Positions 39,356 to 47,969 of a DNA stretch of 64,000 bases are shown here, piece by piece. The DNA comes from Anaerolineaceae bacterium (GTDB lineage: Bacteria > Chloroflexota > Anaerolineae > Anaerolineales > Anaerolineaceae). The DNA is taken from contig JAXGJN010000004.1 of assembly GCA_040770225.1 (NCBI GenBank), positions 34,919 through 98,918 of the forward strand. Reading direction: 5' to 3'. Every line of letters starts with the position of its first letter. The stretch's first letter is position 1. A program made the translations under genes and the position numbers. The notes under the pieces are model-generated. The model saw nothing but the letters and a program-made list of their open reading frames with translations, made no database searches and was not told where the DNA came from.

Positions 39356-40162
39356 TCACCCTTCCTGCGCTAATTCTTCTTCTACAATGCGGATGCCGCT
39401 GCTGGCACCAATCCGATTCGCTCCTGCCTCCACCATCCGGATTGCATCGGTATAACTGCGGATGCCCCCAGAGGCTTTCACACCCAACTTATCGCCTACC
39501 ACACTGCGCATCAGGGCAACATCTTCCACCGTCGCTCCTCCGGTCGAAAAACCAGTGGAAGTCTTCACGAAGTCAGCTTCAGCTTGCATGGCAAGCAGGC
39601 AGGCTGTCACCTTCTCTTCATCGGTTAAAAGACAGGTCTCAATGATCACCTTAACGATCGCATCCCGCTGGTGTGCTTCCAGCACTACTTCGCGGATGTC
39701 TCGAGCTACCGCTACCAGATTGCCCGATTTCAGCTCTCCGATATTCAAAACCATGTCAATTTCAACTGCCCCATCCTTGATCGCCCGCTTAGTCTCTTCT
39801 CTTTTCGCCTTGGTAGACATGGCGCCAAGGGGAAAACCAATGGTAGCTGCCGTTTTTACCTGGCTGCCGGCAAGGGCTTTTCTGCAATATTTAACCCAAT
39901 AGCTGTTTACGCATACTGCGCCAAAGCCATAAGTGATTGCTTCACGACAGAGCTGCTCCACCTGGGAAAGTGTGGCATCGGCTTTTAGTAAAGTATGGTC
40001 GATCATATCTGCCAGTTTGCTTGCGCTTGCTGCTGAAGAACCAAGCGTTTTTGCCTGCACCCTCAGGATATTGCCCTTCTTATCAAAAACAGTCGTGATC
40101 TGCTGATCGTTATATACCGTAACACTTTCATGAGCTTGTAGAGTACTTTCGTTTTCTGTCAT
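39356..40162 (-). CDS. deoC: deoxyribose-phosphate aldolase with ~50-aa N-terminal extension
   Basis: [27 protein letters not shown] 40162 has an AAGGAG RBS. Confidence 0.9.
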   Translation of the reverse strand: MTENESTLQAHESVTVYNDQQITTVFDKKGNILRVQAKTLGSSAASASKLADMIDHTLLKADATLSQVEQLCREAITYGFGAVCVNSYWVKYCRKALAGSQVKTAATIGFPLGAMSTKAKREETKRAIKDGAVEIDMVLNIGELKSGNLVAVARDIREVVLEAHQRDAIVKVIIETCLLTDEEKVTACLLAMQAEADFVKTSTGFSTGGATVEDVALMRSVVGDKLGVKASGGIRSYTDAIRMVEAGANRIGASSGIRIVEEELAQEG

Positions 40163-40313
40163 GTTTTCTCCTTGTTTCAACACTACTTGATTTTCTTCGA
40201 CCCGCCGTTCCCAAATAAACCCGTATCGAATGGCAAAATAGATTATCATTGAATCACTGCTTGCTTGCATCGGCAGCTACTTTTATCGAGGGATTAATCA
40301 TAACGAATCTAGC

Positions 40314-41297
40314 ATGAAAAGTCCAGACTTCCAACCGGTCAGCGCGGTCGCGCACCCAAATATCGCCTTCATCAAATACTGGGGCAATCGCGATCAGGAG
40401 CTGCGCCTGCCCTGTAACAGTTCGCTTTCCATGAATCTTTCCGGGCTCGAAACGTGTACCACCGTACGCTTCGATCCTCTGCTTCATCAGGACCATTTTC
40501 TGCTCTCAGGTGAGGTTGTTAAGGGCGCAGCCTTGGAACGTGTCAGCCGCTTTCTGGACCATATCCGTTCATTAGCCAAACTGAATGTCTATGCGCATAT
40601 TGAAAGCCAAAGTAATTTTCCAACCGGCGCAGGCATCGCCTCTTCTGCCTCTGCTTTCGCCGCCCTGGCAATGGCAGCCAGCCATGCCATTGGTTTGCAT
40701 TTGGACGAAAAAGACTTATCCCGTCTTGCACGAAAGGGGTCTGGTTCTGCCAGCCGCTCCATCCCCGATGGCTTTGTGGAATGGCAGGCTGGGACCGGAG
40801 ACGCAGATTCCTATGCCTTCAGCATTGCTCCTGCCGAACATTGGGACCTGGTGGATCTGATTTGCCTGATCGACAGCAGTCACAAAGCTGTTGGCTCTAC
40901 TGGTGGTCATGCCCTGGCTGGCACCTCACCGTTACAGTCGGTTCGGCTTGGCCATCTTCAGCAGCGTCTGGAAAAGTGCCGCCAGGCGATTTTGCGCAAG
41001 GATTTTGATCAGTTTGCCGAGGTAGTTGAGGAAGATTCAAACCTTATGCACGCTGTGATGCGAACCAGCAGCCCACCTTTAATCTATTGGTTGGCAGAAA
41101 CTGAAATCATCTTGTGGAATGTGCTCGCCTGGCGCAAGGAAGGCATCCCAGCCTGTTGCACTGTGGATGCAGGACCCAACGTTCATGTCTTGGTTCTCGG
41201 CGATTACGCTGACAAATTGCAGGCACGATTATCCGAATTGCCAGGAGTGCAAAGAATTTTTAGAGCCAGCCCAGGTCCTGGAGCGAGCTTAATTTAA
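40314..41297 (+). CDS. diphosphomevalonate decarboxylase family (GHMP); could be phosphomevalonate decarboxylase
   Basis: AHPNIAFIKYWGNRD...NSSLSMNL, GAGIASSASAFAAL. Confidence 0.85.
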   Translation: MKSPDFQPVSAVAHPNIAFIKYWGNRDQELRLPCNSSLSMNLSGLETCTTVRFDPLLHQDHFLLSGEVVKGAALERVSRFLDHIRSLAKLNVYAHIESQSNFPTGAGIASSASAFAALAMAASHAIGLHLDEKDLSRLARKGSGSASRSIPDGFVEWQAGTGDADSYAFSIAPAEHWDLVDLICLIDSSHKAVGSTGGHALAGTSPLQSVRLGHLQQRLEKCRQAILRKDFDQFAEVVEEDSNLMHAVMRTSSPPLIYWLAETEIILWNVLAWRKEGIPACCTVDAGPNVHVLVLGDYADKLQARLSELPGVQRIFRASPGPGASLI

Positions 41298-41303
41298 GCC
41301 CTG

Positions 41304-42095
41304 TCACCAGATCTTGGTATTTTTTGACTTGATGGTCCCATCCAACCCCTCAAGAACCTCCGAAATGGCATCGAGTTTTTCCCCTAATTGGCTGTTTTTT
41401 TCTGTTTGAACAACTAGCTGATCCAAATGACCAGGAACCTGGTCAATCTTGTCCGTCAGTTGCTCCAAATTTTCAGAAATCTCATTAGCCCGATCTGAGA
41501 TTCGCTCTAAATGGCGCGGGATATCCTCAATGGCATGGGTCAGATCGGTCAGGCTGCTCTTATGTGTCTCCAGTATGCCGTGAAACATGTTCAGGTCCAA
41601 AAGATAGTCAAGTTTCCTGACAATGTCATTTAATCCGCCGGTATAGGTAACGGTCACTTTGTATATTTTTGGCAGTGTGTCCGATTCAATGCGGGTTTCC
41701 AGCCGGTCGATGGAAGTTCTGAGCTCAAAACCAGGGGGGATGGCCGGTATTGGTTGGTGGATAAATGACAACTGCTCCAGGTCATAGTTCTTCAGGGATG
41801 TTTCCAAAGGAGGTTCAAAAATCACCTTGACGTGATTGGCAATGGTCTTACCAGTATTCTTGATAACCAGGTCAAATATTGGCGAATCGGTCTGAGCATC
41901 AAAATAGACCACAATGTATGGTGCAAACTCCATATTGCGGTCCTCAACCATTTCTTCGATGCTTTTCTCAGTCGCCGCTGCTGATTTTTTGGTCTCTCTT
42001 GCCATTTCTGCAGTCTTGATCACATAGACGATCACGGCAATCAGGCTGGCGATCTGCACGATCAACAATATTGTTTCCCTCACGCTATCAGACAT
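41304..42095 (-). CDS. hypothetical TM-anchored protein with beta-domain and C-terminal coiled coil
   Basis: 263 aa; AAGGAG RBS 15 nt after TfoX stop. Confidence 0.5.
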   Translation of the reverse strand: MSDSVRETILLIVQIASLIAVIVYVIKTAEMARETKKSAAATEKSIEEMVEDRNMEFAPYIVVYFDAQTDSPIFDLVIKNTGKTIANHVKVIFEPPLETSLKNYDLEQLSFIHQPIPAIPPGFELRTSIDRLETRIESDTLPKIYKVTVTYTGGLNDIVRKLDYLLDLNMFHGILETHKSSLTDLTHAIEDIPRHLERISDRANEISENLEQLTDKIDQVPGHLDQLVVQTEKNSQLGEKLDAISEVLEGLDGTIKSKNTKIW

Positions 42096-42110
42096 CTTTG
42101 CTCCTTGTGG

Positions 42111-42437
42111 TCAAGCTTTGGCTTTTTTCGGTTTTTGGTAAGGCAATTGTTCCCAGCTTGCTCTCATGACCTGGCAGACAAAATCCTGGTCATCCAGATT
42201 CTCAAATACGTAAGAAAGCCTGGCACCTGGATAAGCATAGCCTTCCATGGCGTCCTCGCCCAACAGGTCAGCTCCGGCTTCTGTCTTTTTGAGAAACACC
42301 TGGTTGTCACAAATCAATCCCATCACTTTGCCATCCATATAAAAACCGTATTCGCCAAACATTTTTCGAACGCTAACATCTCCTGCCGGGCTCAACTGTT
42401 CGAGAACATATTGGATATAATCATCAGTGCATGGCAT
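42111..42437 (-). CDS. TfoX/Sxy N-terminal-domain protein
   Basis: VRKMFGEYGFYMDGKVMGLICDNQVFLK. Confidence 0.7.
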   Translation of the reverse strand: MPCTDDYIQYVLEQLSPAGDVSVRKMFGEYGFYMDGKVMGLICDNQVFLKKTEAGADLLGEDAMEGYAYPGARLSYVFENLDDQDFVCQVMRASWEQLPYQKPKKAKA

Positions 42438-42579
42438 GGCTTCCTCCCAGGGTGTTCTGGCTTTATTGTAATCAAGTTTTCACTTAACTCTGAAGTTCTG
42501 CGAGAAAAATTGAAGTCAACCAAATGCCTTATAGATAACCGCAAAAGCAGGGAACAAAGAAAAGGCTATAATTGATGCC

Positions 42580-43092
42580 ATGAAAAAATTGGGTGCCATT
42601 CTGCTTCTGTTATTTGTTTTCCTGATCCCGTTAAGACAGGCAAACGCGGGCCAAAACAGTGTAATCATTTCGACCCCCCAGGCTGATGGTGCCATTTACC
42701 ACCAGGTGGTCGATGGCGACACCTTGTTTGGCATTGCTGAAGCCTATGGGATGACGCCCAGTGACATCATGACCCTCAATGGCAACAGCCCCGATGCCAC
42801 AGAAATATACATTGGGCAATTTCTCCTGATCAGACGCGGAACGATTGCGACTGCCACCCTCGAGCCCGCCTCCACCATTGCGCCGCATACACCTCAACCC
42901 ACCGTGGTTCAGCCTACCCGTACACCGATCCCAACCAAGACCCCATTTCCTAGTCCTACTCCGACCACACCGCCCTCAACCACCCAGCGACTCTTTGGCG
43001 ACAGCCAACGTATCGGGTTGACGCTTATTGCAGGCAGCGTGGTTGGGATCGCCTTGGTGGTGATCTTCGGTTTTCTGCGAAAGCCCAAGTAA
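42580..43092 (+). CDS. secreted LysM-domain protein with C-terminal TM anchor
   Basis: Signal peptide; LysM YHQVVDGDTLFGIAEAYGM...GQFLLI. Confidence 0.7.
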   Translation: MKKLGAILLLLFVFLIPLRQANAGQNSVIISTPQADGAIYHQVVDGDTLFGIAEAYGMTPSDIMTLNGNSPDATEIYIGQFLLIRRGTIATATLEPASTIAPHTPQPTVVQPTRTPIPTKTPFPSPTPTTPPSTTQRLFGDSQRIGLTLIAGSVVGIALVVIFGFLRKPK

Positions 43093-43174
43093 TTTTTTCT
43101 ATTTTTAATGAGAATTAGATTATGCTACGTCTCTTCTCGTTGAAAAGCGAGGGTATAATCGTGCTGAGTAATTT

Positions 43175-43765
43175 ATGGCTACACAGATGAAAACAATCAC
43201 AATTTACGCAGGCTCTGCCGACAACCTGGCAGAGAAATACATTCAGGCTGCCTATGACCTCGGGAAGCTCATGGCAAGCCAGGAGCGTGTTCTTGTCTTT
43301 GGAAGCGGCAAGACCGGTCTCATGGGTGCAGTCGCCCGGGGCTCTTTGGAACACAACGGACAAGTCGTTGGCGTGATCAACCACGATCTCAACCTGCCCC
43401 ACCTCGTATTCGAGAAATTGACCAGGATCGAAAAAGTGGACAATATTCAGATAAGGCAAGCCAGGATGAGCGAACTGGGCGACGGCTTTATTGCTCTTCC
43501 GGGTGGCTTTGGCACGTTCTATGAGGTGCTCGAAGCCCTTACCTGGGCACAATTGGGGCACCATCAAAAACCGATTGGTTTTCTGAATGTTGATGGTTAT
43601 TATGATCCGCTGCTGGCAATGTTAGAACACGCGATCGACACCGGTTTTATCTACCCTGAACATCGTGGTCTTTTTGTCGAATCCAGGGACCCCGTAAAGC
43701 TTCTGACACTGATGGACAACTTTACTCCTCCACAAAATATGAATCGGTGGTTAAGCCGCAAATGA
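43175..43765 (+). CDS. LOG-family nucleotide phosphoribohydrolase (TIGR00730)
   Basis: PGGFGTFYEVLEALTWAQLGHHQKP. Confidence 0.85.
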   Translation: MATQMKTITIYAGSADNLAEKYIQAAYDLGKLMASQERVLVFGSGKTGLMGAVARGSLEHNGQVVGVINHDLNLPHLVFEKLTRIEKVDNIQIRQARMSELGDGFIALPGGFGTFYEVLEALTWAQLGHHQKPIGFLNVDGYYDPLLAMLEHAIDTGFIYPEHRGLFVESRDPVKLLTLMDNFTPPQNMNRWLSRK

Positions 43766-44412
43766 AGGAGATTGAATTTCTTTTTATCGATCTGGATGAT
43801 ACGGTTTATCCACCCGATACGGGTGCCTGGGACATTCTGGGCAATCGTATTTATGAGTTCATGGATAAATATGTCGGTATCCCCATGGAGATCATCCACG
43901 AGGAGAGAGACCGTCTGTTTCATCTACACGGCACCACCATGAAAGGCTTGCAACTCGAATATGGCGCGGATATTAACCAGTACCTCGATTATGTTCACGA
44001 TGTTGATCTCACTGGCATAATAGTGGAAGACCCAGCCTTACGTCAGGTATTGATTAAATTACCACAGCAAAAGTGGATCTTTACCAATGCCAGCCGTGTG
44101 CATGCGGAACAAATCCTTCGATTGGTTGGCGTTCGCGACCTTTTTGTTGAGATTATCGATGTTTTGGACACCGATCCTTACTGCAAACCTGACCCGCTGG
44201 CATTTGCCTTAGCCCTCGAAAAAGCCGGCAATCCTGATCCAACCCGTTGCCTTTTTGTGGACGATCGTGCCCCAAACCTGGACGCAGCTAAAACGCTTGG
44301 TATGCTCACGATTCAGGTTGATCCCTCCGGTAATACAGCGGATGGTCATATCACGATCAAAAAATTGAGTGACCTCCCTCTGGTTCTTGACGAGTATGGG
44401 TTATTGAAATAA
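43762..44412 (+). CDS. HAD-superfamily hydrolase (pyrimidine 5'-nucleotidase-like)
   Basis: FIDLDDTVY motif I; ATGA overlap with LOG stop. Confidence 0.8.
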   Translation: MKEIEFLFIDLDDTVYPPDTGAWDILGNRIYEFMDKYVGIPMEIIHEERDRLFHLHGTTMKGLQLEYGADINQYLDYVHDVDLTGIIVEDPALRQVLIKLPQQKWIFTNASRVHAEQILRLVGVRDLFVEIIDVLDTDPYCKPDPLAFALALEKAGNPDPTRCLFVDDRAPNLDAAKTLGMLTIQVDPSGNTADGHITIKKLSDLPLVLDEYGLLK

Positions 44413-44463
44413 TTTTTAATTGACCGCTTTTTTCTCTGATTGGAAGCGGTTATTGGAGAATCA

Positions 44464-45762
44464 ATGGAAAATAAAGTATTACGTTCATGTTTATTGGCGG
44501 TTGTGATCATCGCCCTGCTTGGTGTCACCTTTTTTAGCGGCTTTGCCGCCGGGTCCTTGCTGCCCAATAACGCCATTCGTCAGGCGTTGGGTTTGGAAGA
44601 CAAGCCTCTTCTTCAGGCACCTTCCCTTCCTACTGTCCAGCCAGGGGAACCAACCCAAGAAGAGCAAGCCCCTACTCAGGTATTCCAGGCTACGACCGAT
44701 GAAGAATTGGAAGAGCTTTTCCAGCCATTTTGGGAGAGTTGGGATCTGCTGCATGAAAACTATGTTGATCAACCATTGGACGATCTGGCATTGATGCGAG
44801 GTGCGATCTCAGGCATGCTGGCTGCCACTGGAGATAAGCACACCTCCTATATGAATCCCGAACAATTTGAACAGGCAAATGCTGAAATGAGTGGCGAAGA
44901 GTATACCGGCATCGGTGCCTGGGTAAATACCACCGGTGAATATATCGAAGTGGTCTCGCCAATGAAGAATTCTCCTGCCGAGAAGGCTGGTTTAAAAGCC
45001 AAAGATGTCGTGATCGCCATCGATGGTGAAGACATGACCGGCATTCCGGGTGATCTTGCGCTTCAAAAAATTCTTGGACCAGCCGGTGAGGCAGTCACGC
45101 TGACCATCCGACGTGGTGAAGAAATCCTCGAATTTACCATCGTACGGGAAAAAATCACCGTTCCAGCGGTCGAGTATGAAATGCTCGAAGATGATATTGC
45201 CTACATTGCTCTCAACACGTTCAATGAATTGTCGACCAAACAAATGCGGGACGCGCTAAAGGAATTGCTGCCCCAAAACCCCAAAGGACTCATCTTCGAT
45301 CTGCGTAACAACGGTGGTGGCTTTTTGGTGACTGCCATTGAGATTACTTCTGAATTTATCAGTGACGGTATCGTCATGTATGAAGAATATGGCGATGGCA
45401 GCCGCGAAAGCTACAACGCCCAACCAGGTGGCTTGGCAACCGAGATCCCATTAGTAGTGCTGATCAACGAAGGCACAGCCTCTGCCTCAGAAATCACTGC
45501 TGGTGCGATTCAGGATTATGGTCGCGGCACCCTGATTGGTGTTACCAGCTACGGCAAAGGCTCCGTTCAGAACTGGATCGCCCTCAAGACCGAAAGGGGC
45601 GGCGTGCGCATCACCATCGCCCGCTGGCTGACTCCCAATGGCAACCAGATCAATGAAGTCGGTCTCACGCCGGACATTGAAGTCCCTTACACCCAGGAAG
45701 ATGTCGATGCCGACCGCGACCCCCAGCTCGACGCTGCGATTGACTTCCTGAATAATAAGTAG
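44464..45762 (+). CDS. S41 carboxyl-terminal processing peptidase
   Basis: PDZ segment (SPAEKAGLKAKDVVIAIDG), DLRNNGGG, ASASEI. GGAG RBS before ATG 44464. Confidence 0.9.
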   Translation: MENKVLRSCLLAVVIIALLGVTFFSGFAAGSLLPNNAIRQALGLEDKPLLQAPSLPTVQPGEPTQEEQAPTQVFQATTDEELEELFQPFWESWDLLHENYVDQPLDDLALMRGAISGMLAATGDKHTSYMNPEQFEQANAEMSGEEYTGIGAWVNTTGEYIEVVSPMKNSPAEKAGLKAKDVVIAIDGEDMTGIPGDLALQKILGPAGEAVTLTIRRGEEILEFTIVREKITVPAVEYEMLEDDIAYIALNTFNELSTKQMRDALKELLPQNPKGLIFDLRNNGGGFLVTAIEITSEFISDGIVMYEEYGDGSRESYNAQPGGLATEIPLVVLINEGTASASEITAGAIQDYGRGTLIGVTSYGKGSVQNWIALKTERGGVRITIARWLTPNGNQINEVGLTPDIEVPYTQEDVDADRDPQLDAAIDFLNNK

Positions 45763-45766
45763 GGAA

Positions 45767-45847
45767 GGGTCTTGTACCCTTCCGTAATGGAGTCTTGTAC
45801 CCTTCCGTAATGGGGTCTTGTACACTTTCGTAATGGGGTCTTTCACC
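45767..45847. repeat. 23-nt tandem repeat x3.5 (GGGTCTTGTACCCTTCCGTAATG)
   Basis: Units at 45767, 45790, 45813, partial at 45836; starts 5 nt after the peptidase stop. Confidence 0.85.
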
Positions 45848-45863
45848 TTGAGATAGACATATG

Positions 45864-45892
45864 CCGGGTTGGAACATCCAACCCGGTTTTTT
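45864..45892 (+). terminator. rho-independent terminator
   Basis: CCGGGTTGG-aacat-CCAACCCGG followed by T6. Confidence 0.85.
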
Positions 45893-46046
45893 GGTAAATT
45901 TTTGAGGGATGACTTTTCCAGTCTTTTTTTGACGATATTCTTTGATCAAACGCCATTAGTTGAAGTAAAATTTCTCATCCATATGTACGGAAGTGGCAGT
46001 TTCTTCCCTCGAGTGGGTATAATGGAGCCATTAAAAGGAGACTAAT

Positions 46047-47852
46047 ATGACCGAAACCATTCCCCGTTGGGACTTAAGTAATATCTATACTGGCGTTGAC
46101 GACCCGCAGCTTGCCCTCGATTTATCAATCTTGAAAGATGAAACCATCGCATTGACCCGCTTCTTCGAGAATGACCTACTTCCAATTGCTGATTCGCAGG
46201 TTACGCCTGAAGCTCTGAGCAAGCACTTGGGTCACCTCGTTGAGCTGACCAACACCATCTACACGCGATCGGGCACGATCGGTTCCTATCTCTATGGACT
46301 GACCAGCACTGATTCATTTGACAAAGCCGCCGAACAGCTGCAATCCCAATTCCATATTGGCATGCTACCACTCCGAAATGTGAGCGTACGCATCGCAGCC
46401 TGGCTTGGGAAAATTGCAGACCAGCTTCCTGCAGCCCTGGCTCTCCCCGGATCAGCCCGCGAGCATGCCTTTTCACTTTTGGAGGAAGCAAAACAGAGCC
46501 AGTTTCTGATGAGCGAACCGGAAGAAGAACTTGCCAACGAACTTTCACTTTCCGGTGGTTCTGCCTGGGGCGATCTGCAGGGCACTTTGACTTCCCAAAA
46601 ACAAGTGGAATTTGAGATCGATGGTAAGTCGGAGAGCCTGCCCCTGCCTGCCCTGATCAACCTGCGCAGCCACCCTTCTGCCGATGTGCGTGAACGCGCT
46701 TACACCCTCGAACAGGCTACATTTGAGGAGATGAAGGAAGCGTTGGCAGCTTGTCTGAATGGTGTTAAGGGCACTGTCAACACGCTTGATCGCAAACGCG
46801 GTCGTGAAGACAGCTTGCACTCTTCATTGGATAGTGCTCGCATCGACCGTCAAACGCTGGACGCCATGATCAGCGCCATCGAGGATTCCCTGCCTATGTT
46901 CCGCTCTTACTTCCAGGCCAAGGCAAAACTGCTTGGCTTTGAAAAATTGCCTTGGTGGAGTTTGTTTGCCCCGGTTGGAAGTGTTGATAAAAGCTATACC
47001 TTCGAGGAAGCCAAAGAGATCATTTTGACCAACTTCGCTCGCTTTTCCCCGGAACTTTCAGATTTTGCCCGCCATGCCTTCGAAAACAACTGGATCGACG
47101 CCTTGCAAAGATCCGGCAAACGTGGTGGGGCTTATTGTATGGGCGTCGAAGCGGTCAAAGAAAGCCGCATCATGTCTAATTTTGACGGCTCTTTTGACCA
47201 GGTGATGACTCTGGCACACGAACTCGGGCATGCCTTTCATAACTATTGCGCCTTCCAGGCAGATAAGACCCCACTTCAAACCGACACACCGATGACTCTG
47301 GCTGAAACTGCCTCGATCATGTGCGAAACCATCGTGTTCAATGCCCTTTTGGAGAAAATCGACGATCCGCAAGCCGAGCAAGCCATCCTCGAGACTTCCA
47401 TTTCCAGTGATGCCCAGACCATTGTCGACATCTACTCCCGCTTCTTGTTTGAACGAGAGGTTTTTGAGCGCCGTAAGAACGCCACACTCTCAGCAGATGA
47501 GATCAGCGAGATCATGCTGCAAGCACAACGAGACTCGTATGGCGACGGCATCGATCCTGAGGTGATGAACAAATTCGCCTGGACCTGGAAGCCTCACTAC
47601 TACAGCACCGGGCTGTCTTTCTATAATTACCCATATGCTTTCGGTAATTTGTTTGCCAAGGGTCTTTACGCGATCTACAAGCAAAAGGGTGCGGCGTTTG
47701 TACAAGATTACAAGGCGCTGCTTGCCAGCACCGGGGAAGCCTCTGCCGCTGACCTGGCTGCCCGCTTCGGGATCGACATCCGCAGCAAGGAGTTTTGGGC
47801 AGCCTCATTAGCCCAGATCGCTCCACAAATTGAGCGGTATAAGCAACTGTAA
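46047..47852 (+). CDS. pepF: M3-family oligoendopeptidase F
   Basis: HELGHAFH zinc motif, 601 aa. Confidence 0.9.
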   Translation: MTETIPRWDLSNIYTGVDDPQLALDLSILKDETIALTRFFENDLLPIADSQVTPEALSKHLGHLVELTNTIYTRSGTIGSYLYGLTSTDSFDKAAEQLQSQFHIGMLPLRNVSVRIAAWLGKIADQLPAALALPGSAREHAFSLLEEAKQSQFLMSEPEEELANELSLSGGSAWGDLQGTLTSQKQVEFEIDGKSESLPLPALINLRSHPSADVRERAYTLEQATFEEMKEALAACLNGVKGTVNTLDRKRGREDSLHSSLDSARIDRQTLDAMISAIEDSLPMFRSYFQAKAKLLGFEKLPWWSLFAPVGSVDKSYTFEEAKEIILTNFARFSPELSDFARHAFENNWIDALQRSGKRGGAYCMGVEAVKESRIMSNFDGSFDQVMTLAHELGHAFHNYCAFQADKTPLQTDTPMTLAETASIMCETIVFNALLEKIDDPQAEQAILETSISSDAQTIVDIYSRFLFEREVFERRKNATLSADEISEIMLQAQRDSYGDGIDPEVMNKFAWTWKPHYYSTGLSFYNYPYAFGNLFAKGLYAIYKQKGAAFVQDYKALLASTGEASAADLAARFGIDIRSKEFWAASLAQIAPQIERYKQL

Positions 47853-47893
47853 GCTATCTTCACTTGGTCATAACTTCACCAACAGGTAGTAAA

Positions 47894-47918
47894 GTACGGG
47901 CGGGTTCCAAACCCGCCC
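47894..47918. repeat. REP-like hairpin GTAC-GGGCGGGTT-cca-AACCCGCCC
   Basis: Perfect 9-bp stem; same architecture as 51596-51623. Confidence 0.6.
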
Positions 47919-47926
47919 ACACTAAA

Positions 47927-47957
47927 AGCGGCCACCATTTAGGATGGTCGCTTTTTT
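47927..47957 (+). terminator. rho-independent terminator after pepF
   Basis: AGCGGCCACC...GGATGGTCGCT then T6. Confidence 0.65.
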
Positions 47958-47969
47958 ATGATCAATAAT

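Noticed and set aside
42105-42575. 156-aa plus-strand ORF
   Set aside because: It is antisense to the TfoX-domain gene, which has a clear family signature. No RBS and no motifs.
45767-45847. Possible CRISPR array (also considered for 51495-51696)
   Set aside because: The repeats are directly tandem (23 nt) or 9-nt phased with no spacers. There are only 3-4 units and no cas genes anywhere in the window.
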